A DNA stretch of 24,822 nucleotides from positions 1-24,822 of the IMG/VR virus record IMGVR_UViG_3300033405_000985. One strand, written 5' to 3'. The position numbers and the translations under genes were made by a program. The stretch comes from a virus (Duplodnaviria > Caudoviricetes). Under the pieces are notes generated by a model. It had not been told where the DNA came from, did no database searches, and was given only the letters and a program-made list of their open reading frames with translations. Of this stretch, positions 16,370 through 24,822 are shown one piece after another; positions within the stretch are counted from its first letter, which is position 1; each line of letters opens with the position of its first letter.

Positions 16370-17578
16370 ATGGCCAACGCGCTCATCACACCCACGGCGG
16401 TGCTCCGCAAGAGCCTTGCCGTGCTGCACCAGAAGGCGAACTTCCTGTCCACCATCAACCGCTCCTACGACGACCAGTTCGCCAAGTCCGGGGGCAAGAT
16501 CGGCGCCACCCTGAACGTGCGCCAGCCCAACCAGTTCGTGGTCCGCAACGGGGCCAACCTGTCGCTCCAGGACACCACGGAATCCATCACCCCCATCACC
16601 ATCAGCGCCCAGAAGGGCGTGGACATGTACTTCACCACGGCCGACCTCACCCTCTCCCTGGACGACTTCGCCGAGCGCATCATCGAGCCGGCCGTGGCCG
16701 TGCTGGTGGCCAACGTGGAGGCCGACGCCCTGTCCATGTACCAGAGCGTGTGGAACCAGGTGAACAACCTGGGGGCGGCCATCTCCTTCAACAAGATCCT
16801 CCAGGCCCGCAAGTTCTTGAACGACAACCTCTGCCCCCAGGACAACAACCGCTCCGTGCTGCTGTGCACCCAGGACAACGTGGACCTGGTGGACCAGTTG
16901 AAGGGCCTGTTCCAGGACTCGGCCTCCATCGCCAAGCAGTACGCCGACGGCATGATGGGCAAGAGCGCCGGGTTCAACTTCTACGAGAACACCCTCCTGC
17001 CCCCCAAGTTCACCTCCGGCACGGACAACTCGGCCTATCTGATCACCGGGGCGGGCCAGACGGGCAGCGGCAACCCGGTCACCGCCGGCATGAACCTGAA
17101 CGTCAAGACCGGCACCGGAACCTTCGCCGTGGGCGACGTGATCACCATCGCGGGCGTGTACCAGGTACACCCCGAGACCAAGATGTCCACCGGCAACCTG
17201 CAGAACTTCGTGGTCGCAGCCAACTACGCCGGGGGCCCGGGCAGCCTGGCCATCTCCCCCGGCATCGTCACCTCCGGGGCCTACCAGAACGTGACCGCCG
17301 CCCCGGCCGACTCCGCCGCCATCACCAAGGTGGGCGCGGGCGGCCAGCAGTACGGCATGAGCCTGGCCTACCACCGGGACGCCTTCGCCTTCGCCACCTG
17401 CGACCTGGTCATGCCCAAGGGCGTGGACTTCGCGGCCCAGGAGAACTTCGACGGGGTCAGCCTGCGCATCGTCAGGGCCTACGACATCAACACCGACCGT
17501 TTCCCGTGCCGCCTGGACATCATGTACGGCTACAAGGCCCTGCGCCCGCAACTGGCCGCGCGGCTGGCCAACAACTAA
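16370..17578 (+). CDS. P22-like major capsid (coat) protein
   Basis: MANALITP, NRSYDDQF..GGKIGATLNVRQP, LSLDDF.ERIIEPA, FPCRLDIMYG...RPQLA. Confidence 0.92.
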   Translation: MANALITPTAVLRKSLAVLHQKANFLSTINRSYDDQFAKSGGKIGATLNVRQPNQFVVRNGANLSLQDTTESITPITISAQKGVDMYFTTADLTLSLDDFAERIIEPAVAVLVANVEADALSMYQSVWNQVNNLGAAISFNKILQARKFLNDNLCPQDNNRSVLLCTQDNVDLVDQLKGLFQDSASIAKQYADGMMGKSAGFNFYENTLLPPKFTSGTDNSAYLITGAGQTGSGNPVTAGMNLNVKTGTGTFAVGDVITIAGVYQVHPETKMSTGNLQNFVVAANYAGGPGSLAISPGIVTSGAYQNVTAAPADSAAITKVGAGGQQYGMSLAYHRDAFAFATCDLVMPKGVDFAAQENFDGVSLRIVRAYDINTDRFPCRLDIMYGYKALRPQLAARLANN

Positions 17579-17627
17579 GCGGCCCGGTGAAAAATCCACA
17601 CCACCGAGACACGGAAAACAAAACCAA

Positions 17628-17647
17628 GGGGGGGCTTCGACCCCCCC
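17628..17647 (+). other. G7/C7 RNA hairpin after the coat gene
   Basis: GGGGGGG-CTTCGA-CCCCCCC; no U tract. Confidence 0.55.
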
Positions 17648-17666
17648 GCCCGAAAGGAGAACAGCA

Positions 17667-17975
17667 ATGGGCGCGACATTCCGCGAACACCGCCACGGCG
17701 TGATCCAGGCCACCCTGAACGTGGCCGCCGTGCCGGCGGGCAGCACCAACGAGCAGAACTTCACCATTCCCGGGCTGTTGACCACCGACCACGTGGACAT
17801 CAACAAGCCCAGCCACACCACCGGCGTGAGCGTGGCCAACGTGCGGGTGTCCGCCAAAAACACCCTGGCCGTGACCTTCATGAACAGCACCGCCTCCCCC
17901 GTGACCCCCGGGCCCGAGGTGTACATGATCCGCTGGGTGCGGGCCGAGAACATAGACAAGGGCGTGGTGGCCTAG
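17667..17975 (+). CDS. small beta-rich virion protein (capsid decoration-like)
   Basis: RBS AAGGAG; directly after the coat gene; function inferred from position. Confidence 0.65.
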   Translation: MGATFREHRHGVIQATLNVAAVPAGSTNEQNFTIPGLLTTDHVDINKPSHTTGVSVANVRVSAKNTLAVTFMNSTASPVTPGPEVYMIRWVRAENIDKGVVA

Positions 17976-17976
17976 G

Positions 17977-18312
17977 ATGGCCCCCTTCAACCAGAGAAAC
18001 GTGGGCCAGGGCGTGCGGGGGGCGTTGGAATACGACCTGCCCACCTGGCTCTACCACCCGAGCCGCCCCGCCCGGGTGTGCCGAACGGTGGAGGAGGTGG
18101 AGCTCCTCCTGGCCGAGGGCTGGCACAACGAGCCCTTTCCGAAAAAGGGGGTGCTCCCCGAGGAGTTCGCCTTCATGGACCTGGCCCAGCTCGCCAACTA
18201 CGCCAAGGACTCCATGGGCCTCAAAGTGCCGCCCAAAATCAGGCTCGAAACCCTGCAGGCCAAGGTGGCCGCCGCCCTGGACACGCCCCGGGACTCCGGG
18301 GAGGAGGAATAG
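17977..18312 (+). CDS. hypothetical phage protein
   Basis: High GC3, tightly packed; PTWLYHP motif and a C-terminal helical (HeH-like) segment. Confidence 0.7.
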   Translation: MAPFNQRNVGQGVRGALEYDLPTWLYHPSRPARVCRTVEEVELLLAEGWHNEPFPKKGVLPEEFAFMDLAQLANYAKDSMGLKVPPKIRLETLQAKVAAALDTPRDSGEEE

Positions 18313-18315
18313 GCC

Positions 18316-19008
18316 ATGGCCACGGCCGGCACCATCATCGCTGCGGCGCTGCGCCTGATCGGGGCCAAGGCCCCCCGGGAGCCCCTCACGGCCGCCGAGG
18401 CCGCCGACGGCCTGGAGGCCCTGAACATGCTCCTGGATTCCTGGAGCACCTCCAACCTGCTGGTGCCGGCCCTGACCGAAACCCGGTACCCGGCCGCCAC
18501 CCAGGCGGTGGCCCTGCCGAACCGCCCCATGCGGGTCCTGGACTCCTACCTGCGCCTGGGCAACCTGGACTTCCCGGTGACGGCCATCACCCGGGACCAG
18601 TACCAGGCCCTGCCCCTGAAAACCATGAGCGCCCGGCCGGGAGCGCTGTGGTGGGACCAGCTCTATCCGGCCTCCAGCGTGTATCTGTACCCGGTGCCGG
18701 ACCAGGCCTACACCCTGTGCCTGCAGACCTGGGAGAGGCTGTCCCAGCTGGCCGGCCCGTCCGCCACGGTCACCCTGCCCGGGGAGTTCTCCCGGGCCCT
18801 CAAGTTCAACCTGGCCGTGGACCTGGCCCCCGAATGGGGAGCGGCCGCCTCGGCCCCGCTGGCGGCCGTGGCGGCCGTGGCCAAGGAAAGCAAGGAGGCC
18901 CTGCTGCGCTACAACGGCATGGCCGTGCCCACCCTGGCTTCCGATATGGTCGGCGGCCTGCCCGGGACTTTCGGGGCCGGGCACTTCGACTGGAGGACGG
19001 GGCTGTGA
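18316..19008 (+). CDS. P22 gp4-like head-tail adaptor (packaged DNA stabilization)
   Basis: TAGTIIAAALRLIG...E..DGLEALNMLLDSW and ALKFNLAVDLAPEWG motifs; RBS GGAGGAGG. Confidence 0.8.
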   Translation: MATAGTIIAAALRLIGAKAPREPLTAAEAADGLEALNMLLDSWSTSNLLVPALTETRYPAATQAVALPNRPMRVLDSYLRLGNLDFPVTAITRDQYQALPLKTMSARPGALWWDQLYPASSVYLYPVPDQAYTLCLQTWERLSQLAGPSATVTLPGEFSRALKFNLAVDLAPEWGAAASAPLAAVAAVAKESKEALLRYNGMAVPTLASDMVGGLPGTFGAGHFDWRTGL

Positions 19009-20462
19009 TCTTCCCGGGCTTCGTCGGTCCGGCCTACGCCGGGCGCTCCTCCTACTGGGACGGCCAGGACTGCGTGAACCTGTTTCCGGTGGAGGACTCC
19101 GCCGGGGGCAAATCCACCGCCGCGCTGGTGGGCACGCCGGGCCTTGTCGCCTGGACCAGCCTGACCCCGGGGGAGCCGGTGCGGGGCATGTGCCCGGGCG
19201 GGGACGGCAACCTGTACGCCGTGTGCGGCACGTGCCTGTTCCAGATCACGCCCCAGGGCCAGCCCACCATCCTGGGCACGCTCGAGACCGAGACCGGGGC
19301 GGTGTCCATGACCCAGAACGGCCAGCAGATGCTGGTGGCGGACGGCGCGAACGGGTATCTGGTCACTTTTTCCTCCGGCTCCTCCGGAACGCCGGGTGCC
19401 TTCTCCCGGATCGTCAACGCCAACTTCCCGGGGGCCAGCCAGGTGGACTTCCTGGACTCCTACTTCGTGGTCACCAAGCCCGGGAGCAACCAGTTCTACC
19501 TCTCCGGACTCAACGACGGCACCACCTGGGACGGCATCTCCTGGGCCACCAAGGAGGGCAAGCCGGACCAGATCGTGTCCCTGGCCGTGAACCATCGCCA
19601 GGTCTGGCTCTTCGGCCAGATCAGCACCGAAATCTGGTACAACACCGGCGCGGCCTACCCCGCCTTTCCCCTGTCGCCCATAAGCGGCGTGTTCCTGGAG
19701 ACGGGGTGCGCGGCGCGCATGAGTTCCGTGGTCATGGACAACACGGTGGTCTGGCTCACGGACAAGCTCCAGGTGGTGCGGGCCGTCGGGTTTGCGCCCC
19801 AGATCATCTCCACCCGGCCCATGGAATACCTCATCTCCCAGTACGCCCGGGTCGACGATGCCCAGGCCATGACCTACGTGCAGGGCGGCCACACCTTCTA
19901 CGTGCTGACCTTCCCCTCGGCCGACGTGACCTGGGTGTACGACGCGGCCTCCCAGCAATGGCACAGGCGCAAGAGCGCGGGCCTGGGCCGCTGGCAGGCC
20001 AACTGCCACGCGAGCTTCGCGGGGATGCACCTGGTGGGGGGCGCTTCAAGCGGGAAGATCTACCAGCTCTCGGAGACCGCCTACACCGAGGACGGAGCCA
20101 TGATCGAGCGCATCAGGGTCTCGCCGCCCATGTCCCTGGAGAACGCGTACCTGTTCATGAGCGGGCTTATGATCGACTTCGAGCCCGGGGTGGGGCTGGC
20201 GGCCGGGGAGGGGCAGACTTCGGGGCCCGGCCAAGTCCAGGGCGGCGACCCGCAGGCCATGCTCCAGTGGAGCGACGACGGAGGACGCACCTGGAGCTTC
20301 GAGTACTGGACCACCCTGGGAGGGGTGGGGGCCTACGCCAACCGGGCGCGCTGGACTCGTCTGGGCGCGTTCCGCAACCGGCAGTTCAGGCTCAAGATCA
20401 CCGACCCGGTCAAGGTGGTCATCACCGGGGCCTCTTGCCAGGTCACCCCCGGGAGCAGCTGA
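19005..20462 (+). CDS. P22 gp10-like tail nozzle/DNA stabilization protein
   Basis: GTGA overlap, RBS GGAGG, 485 aa; CVNLFP, TPGL, LFGQISTEIWYNTG, GHTFYVLTFP, LQWSDDGG, W.RLG. Confidence 0.85.
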   Translation: MIFPGFVGPAYAGRSSYWDGQDCVNLFPVEDSAGGKSTAALVGTPGLVAWTSLTPGEPVRGMCPGGDGNLYAVCGTCLFQITPQGQPTILGTLETETGAVSMTQNGQQMLVADGANGYLVTFSSGSSGTPGAFSRIVNANFPGASQVDFLDSYFVVTKPGSNQFYLSGLNDGTTWDGISWATKEGKPDQIVSLAVNHRQVWLFGQISTEIWYNTGAAYPAFPLSPISGVFLETGCAARMSSVVMDNTVVWLTDKLQVVRAVGFAPQIISTRPMEYLISQYARVDDAQAMTYVQGGHTFYVLTFPSADVTWVYDAASQQWHRRKSAGLGRWQANCHASFAGMHLVGGASSGKIYQLSETAYTEDGAMIERIRVSPPMSLENAYLFMSGLMIDFEPGVGLAAGEGQTSGPGQVQGGDPQAMLQWSDDGGRTWSFEYWTTLGGVGAYANRARWTRLGAFRNRQFRLKITDPVKVVITGASCQVTPGSS

Positions 20463-21322
20463 TGCAGCCCCTTTCCCCGCCCCCCCTCTCCACCCCGGCC
20501 CTGAACCAGGACGGGACCATGTCCCCGGCCTGGGTGGGCTGGTTCACGGCCCTGTTCGCCCGGGTGGGGTCCTCTATCGCCCCGGACAACGCCACCCTGG
20601 CGGGCATCGCCTGGTACCTGGGCACAGTGAGCCCGCCCTCGGCCGCCGAGGTGGACGGGGCCATGTACCTGAACACCGCGAACGGGGACTATTTCAAGGG
20701 CGTGTCCGGGGCCTGGGTGAAACAGGGGAACCTGACCGGACCCCAAGGCCCGCAGGGGCTTCAGGGGCCGGGCGGCACGGGTCCGGCCGGGGCTGCGGGC
20801 GCGACCGGGGCGGCCGGACCGGCCGGCCAGGAGGGCTACAGCGCGGTCTGGAACGTGGCCGCAGGCGCGCCCGCGGCGGCCACGGGCAACAACGGGGACA
20901 TAGCCCTGAACGCGGCCACCGGGGACGTGTACGGCCCCAAGGCCTCCGGAGCCTGGGGCGGCGTGGTGGCCAACATCATGGGCCGGACGGGAGCCGCTGG
21001 GGCGACAGGGGCCACGGGCGCGACCGGAGCGACTGGCGCGACCGGCGCAATTGGCGCAACTGGGCCGGCAGGCCAGGCCGGGTATTCGCCCCAGTGGATC
21101 GTGGCGGCCGGACCTCCGTCCTCCGGAACCGGCAACAACGGGGACATGTACTTAAACTGCGCCACCCAGGACGTGTACGGCCCGAAAACCGCCGGGGCCT
21201 GGGGCAGCGTGGTGGACAACATCGCGGGCGCCGCAGGCCCCCAGGGACCGGCCGGGACCTCGGCCAACTCGGGCGGGGTGAACCTGTACCTGGCCCAGGC
21301 GGGCTTCGGCTTTCACTGGTGA
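20462..21322 (+). CDS. collagen-like tail needle/fibre protein
   Basis: TGATG overlap; G-X-Y runs alternating with three W...G.P....GD..LN...GD.Y.....GAW modules. Confidence 0.8.
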   Translation: MQPLSPPPLSTPALNQDGTMSPAWVGWFTALFARVGSSIAPDNATLAGIAWYLGTVSPPSAAEVDGAMYLNTANGDYFKGVSGAWVKQGNLTGPQGPQGLQGPGGTGPAGAAGATGAAGPAGQEGYSAVWNVAAGAPAAATGNNGDIALNAATGDVYGPKASGAWGGVVANIMGRTGAAGATGATGATGATGATGAIGATGPAGQAGYSPQWIVAAGPPSSGTGNNGDMYLNCATQDVYGPKTAGAWGSVVDNIAGAAGPQGPAGTSANSGGVNLYLAQAGFGFHW

Positions 21323-21333
21323 AAAGAAGCGGC

Positions 21334-21618
21334 ATGGACATCCTTTTCGCCTTCTTCCCCCTGTTCGTGCGCTACAACCACGGCGTGGCCCTGCTCTCGG
21401 AGCTGTGCCAGGCCCGGGCCCTCGGGGTGGGGCTTTGCGTGCTGGAGGACATCGGGGCGTTCGTGGCCCAGGTGCGGGACCTGCGCCCTCGGGTGGTCGG
21501 TTTCTCCTGCGTCACGGTGCACGACTACCGGAAGTGCCTGCCCTACATGCGCGCGGCCAAGGCTCCGGGGCGCATCCCCATCGTGTTCCAGTATGAAAAG
21601 CCGGGGGTGGCGGCATGA
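21334..21618 (+). pseudogene. truncated cobalamin-binding domain (B12-dependent radical SAM N-terminus)
   Basis: HGVALLSELC...RPRVVGFSCVT..Y...MRAAK resembles B12-binding domains; ends after 94 aa with no CxxxCxxC. Confidence 0.55.
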
Positions 21619-22100
21619 TCCGCCCCTGCGCCGTGGAAGACGTCCCGGCCGTGGCGGGGGTGATCCTGGCCGCGGACAGGCAGATGGATTTCACCGGGCG
21701 CTACCGGTGCGGGGTGAACGTCCCCCGCATCGTGCGCGTGCTCATGAACGCAATCGAGTCCCCACGGGCCGACCTGTCCGTGGTCCGGCTCGACGGCGCG
21801 GTGGCTGGCGTGTGCCTGGTGGAGCTGGTCCCCTTCCTCTGGGACGACCGTGCTCTCGTGGCCCACGAGCACCTCTGGCACATGCATCCCGAGTGGCCTG
21901 ACGCCCGGCAGAAGCGCGAGTGGTTCATCCGCATGCTGGACCACATGATGGCCTGGGTGGGCTCGCAGGGCGGCGCGCGCTTCAACATCGGAGCCCCTCC
22001 CGGCAGTCCGGCCGCAAAGCTTCTTGCCCGCCGCGGCCTCATCAACCACGAAAACTACTTCACAGGAGACGCCTCATGGCAACCACAGCTGCAATCGTAG
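21615..22100 (+). CDS. GNAT-like protein of the tail/ejection region
   Basis: MIRPCAVEDVP start, AHEHLWHMHPEW, LLARRGL...ENYF; located between the fibre and ejection genes. Confidence 0.7.
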   Translation: MIRPCAVEDVPAVAGVILAADRQMDFTGRYRCGVNVPRIVRVLMNAIESPRADLSVVRLDGAVAGVCLVELVPFLWDDRALVAHEHLWHMHPEWPDARQKREWFIRMLDHMMAWVGSQGGARFNIGAPPGSPAAKLLARRGLINHENYFTGDASWQPQLQS

Positions 22101-23236
22101 GCTCGGCCGCCCTGGGGGCGGGAACGTCGCTCATCGGAGGCCTGAACTCCGCCGACGCCGCGCAGCAGGCCGCGGACGACCAGTCCCAGGCCCAGGCCCA
22201 GAACATTCGGGCCTGGCAGAGCATTTTGCCCAACCTGCTCACCAACATGCAGGGGGCGTACGGCACGGCCAGCAACTGGGACCAGGCCGCGACCAACGCC
22301 CTCTACAACCAGGGCCAAAGCGCCCAGAACCTCATCGCGCAGGGGACCGGGGCCTACGACACGGCCCTGGCCAACGGGACCTCCGCGCTGGACAACGGGA
22401 TTAAGGGTTACCAAAACGCGCTCGGCAACGTCACCAGCCTGAACAACCCCGGGGTCGAGACCTACGACCTGGGCAACGCCGGCTACGACAACCTGCTCTC
22501 CAACCCGAGTTCCATCGTGAACGACCCCGGCTACCAGTTCGGCCTGAACCAGGGCGTGCAGTCCCTGGACCGCAGCGCCTCGGCCTCGGGCCAGCTGTTC
22601 TCCGGGGGCGCGCAGGCCGCGCAGCAGGAGTTCGGCCAGGGCTACGCCGGCACGCAGCTGAACCAGGCCCTGGGCCGCTACGCCAACGCCGTCACCCTGG
22701 GCCAGCCCAGCGTGAACAATGTGGGGCAGGCCAACATGCAGGCGGCGCAGGGAGAGGCCGGGCTGGATCAATCCTTGGCCAACCTGAACCTGGGGGTGGG
22801 GTCGGGCCTGGCCCAGGTGGGCTACAACCAGGGCAGCGCGGCCCTCAATACCGGCAACCAGGTGGCCAACTCGGCCTACCAGCAGGCCAACCTGAACGTG
22901 GGGCAGAACCAGGCCACCAACAATCTGTTCACCAACTACTTGAACAGCACCAACAGCGCCAACACGGCGTCCGCCAACGCCCAGGCCACCGGGACCGTGA
23001 ACGCCGCCAACTCCGAGAACCAGGCCTTGCAGGGGGTGGGGAACTCCATCAACAGCGGCCTGAACAGCTACAAGGAGTACAACGCCTCTACCAACGCGCA
23101 GAACAATCTGTACGGCAGCGGGTATTCGGCCGGGCTGGCCAATGCGATCGTAACCAACCCGAACAACGCCCTGTCGCAATTCAGCGCGAATTTGAACTCG
23201 CCCAACTATTGGTCGAATTTGTTCCAGCGCTATTAA
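22076..23236 (+). CDS. DNA-transfer/ejection (internal virion) protein
   Basis: RBS AGGAG; G/A-rich hydrophobic N-terminus, PGYQFGLNQG...SASASGQLFSGG..QEFGQGYA motif, Q/N/A-rich. Confidence 0.8.
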   Translation: MATTAAIVGSAALGAGTSLIGGLNSADAAQQAADDQSQAQAQNIRAWQSILPNLLTNMQGAYGTASNWDQAATNALYNQGQSAQNLIAQGTGAYDTALANGTSALDNGIKGYQNALGNVTSLNNPGVETYDLGNAGYDNLLSNPSSIVNDPGYQFGLNQGVQSLDRSASASGQLFSGGAQAAQQEFGQGYAGTQLNQALGRYANAVTLGQPSVNNVGQANMQAAQGEAGLDQSLANLNLGVGSGLAQVGYNQGSAALNTGNQVANSAYQQANLNVGQNQATNNLFTNYLNSTNSANTASANAQATGTVNAANSENQALQGVGNSINSGLNSYKEYNASTNAQNNLYGSGYSAGLANAIVTNPNNALSQFSANLNSPNYWSNLFQRY

Positions 23237-23271
23237 GCAGCTAACCCATAAAAGAGTATCAGGAGCATGGC

Positions 23272-23850
23272 ATGGACCCAAACAACACCTACGGCTACGA
23301 CAACGCCAACCGCCTGTCCGGCCTGAGCGTGGCCGCAGGCGCGAACACCGTGGCCGGCTACTCCTTCACCCGGGACGCAAACGGCAACATCACCCAGACC
23401 AGCGCCACCACGCCCCTTGATCCGGCGTTCACTAACGCCACCTGGCCCTACACCTACAACACCACCAAGAACCGCCTGACGTCGGACTTCAACTACGCCT
23501 ACACGTACGACACCGAGGGCGAGCTGACCAAGGCCACCTCCAACGCCAATACCGCCTCGGTGCGTTCGCTGACCTTCGACTACGAGCACCGCCTGACGGC
23601 CATCGGCAACACCGTAAGCTCCCTGGGTTCGGCGCAGTATTCCTACGACGGGCTGGGGAACCGGCTGGTGGCGGTTGGCAGCGACGGGTCCGCGTTGCTC
23701 TTTGGGGTTGAATGGCCGGTTGGCGGCTGGCGGTTGTCCGAAGTGAAATCCGCGCCGCTCAGTATTTATCGATCCCCGCCGCGACGGCCGCGACCACCAA
23801 CCCCACCAAGGACATGGCCGCGGCGGTCGCAGTGGCGCCCGCGGCCTTGA
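23272..23850 (+). pseudogene. RHS/YD-repeat fragment fused to an ejection-gene start
   Basis: YGYDNANRL, FTRDANGNIT, YTYDTEGELT, FDYEHRLT, YSYDGLGNRL; repeat character is lost after ~23690 and there is no RHS core end or toxin tip. Confidence 0.75.
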
Positions 23851-24037
23851 ATGCCCGCGCGAGGCTTCCCGCTCCGGTCAGCGTCTTGTTGAGATCCAAA
23901 CCTTGCAATTCGACGTGTTCCAGACTCCTTGTGGTGGCTGGGGGTGTTGCATGCGCCAATGCGGACCAGGCAAACAAGGCCCAGTTCACCGCGCTATAGA
24001 CCAAGCCGAATATAACGATATATTTCAGCATAATCAC
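23759..24037 (-). CDS. small two-TM membrane protein
   Basis: Two hydrophobic segments; 4-nt overlap with the upstream protease-like gene. Confidence 0.55.
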   Translation of the reverse strand: MIMLKYIVIFGLVYSAVNWALFAWSALAHATPPATTRSLEHVELQGLDLNKTLTGAGSLARAFKAAGATATAAAMSLVGLVVAAVAAGIDKY

Positions 24038-24822
24038 ACTCCTAGGTTGTTAAGCGCCGCGGACGCGGCGCCGATCTGGTAGGAGAGATCCTGGATAAAG
24101 GTTGTAATGCCGGGGCTCGCGCCGATCACGTGGCCGAGCAGTTCGCCGGAAGAGAGTATGACCGGCGCGCCGGAGTCGCCCGCCGAAGAGATTTGGGCCA
24201 GGGTCGCATACGTATCACCGAGCGTCGAATTGTGTGCCGGAAGGGCCATCGACACAAACATGCCCATCAAGCGCGAGCTGGGAAACGGCGGGCCGTTCGC
24301 CTTGACCAATTGAACACTGTCATATGGCCGGCCCTTAACGCGGGTCGAATAGGGAGAATGGAACGCCGCTTTCGGGAGAAGTTCGGCCACTGCGAAGTCC
24401 GCTTCGGCGGAAGCGCCGTGCCCGGTGGGATTGTTGGCCCATACCACCGTTCCGACCGGATTGCCGCGCTGGCTGACCACCGCGCCGACGGTCGGGGCGA
24501 CATGGCCCGCCAAAGCGAAGCCAGTCCCCCCCGACCAGGAAAGCGAACACCCCGCGCTTCCGCCAAGAGTCGCTTGAACGCGGTCCGCCGGCTGCAAATG
24601 CAACTCCGCTTCGAATATTCCAAAGGCTTGGACATTTCTTAGCCAGCCCGGCTCGTGCCCCAACAAGCCGGTAACAAAATTGAATAGGCTTTCGAGTCGG
24701 GCCAAAAAAACGGTCTGAGCTGGACGAATCGCTGGTTCCCTTCGAGCATCGACAGCAACAGCGACGTTGAGCGTGCTCAGCATTTCCGGACCAGGAGCAA
24801 CCAGCAACCCGACGCCAAGAAT
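24034..24822 (-). CDS. trypsin-like serine protease (5' end outside the window)
   Basis: LAGHVA (His), ADFAVAE (Asp), GDSGAPV (Ser); frame open to the window edge. Confidence 0.75.
   Translation of the reverse strand: MLGVGLLVAPGPEMLSTLNVAVAVDARREPAIRPAQTVFLARLESLFNFVTGLLGHEPGWLRNVQAFGIFEAELHLQPADRVQATLGGSAGCSLSWSGGTGFALAGHVAPTVGAVVSQRGNPVGTVVWANNPTGHGASAEADFAVAELLPKAAFHSPYSTRVKGRPYDSVQLVKANGPPFPSSRLMGMFVSMALPAHNSTLGDTYATLAQISSAGDSGAPVILSSGELLGHVIGASPGITTFIQDLSYQIGAASAALNNLGV

Noticed and set aside
14936-17959. 1007-aa minus-strand ORF
   Set aside because: Antisense shadow of the scaffold and coat genes
18078-19004. N-terminal extensions of track ORFs (18078, 19190, 21094, 21920, 15308)
   Set aside because: They overlap real upstream genes or the terminator; RBS and stop/start coupling or close spacing support starts at 19005, 20462, 21334, 22076 and 15410

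Overview
High-GC bacterial DNA, probably Desulfovibrionaceae-like (inferred from the PEP-CTERM tail style, not proven). The window carries a P22-like (podovirus-type) virion morphogenesis cluster on the + strand. Order: lysis-like small genes, putative TerS, TerL, portal and a Com-type zinc finger; then, after a ~9.3 kb interruption, scaffold, coat, gp4- and gp10-like tail proteins, a collagen fibre, a B12-binding-domain fragment, a GNAT-like protein, an ejection (DNA-transfer)-like protein and a truncated RHS fragment. The interruption (~5.9-15.1 kb) holds four things: (i) an apparently displaced pair of ejection-like genes, the second ending in a lower-GC Ntox44-like toxin domain and followed by two paralogous immunity-like membrane proteins bounded by short direct repeats; (ii) a tRNA-Ser-like relic; (iii) two sigma54-driven PEP-CTERM genes plus an orphan PEP-CTERM tail; (iv) an MBL-fold hydrolase. 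No integrase, replication gene or canonical endolysin is visible. The best leads are a virion-delivered polymorphic toxin/immunity system built on podoviral ejection proteins, and a possible Com-dependent antitermination switch ahead of the capsid operon. All family calls are by-eye motif and synteny recognition; no database search was run.
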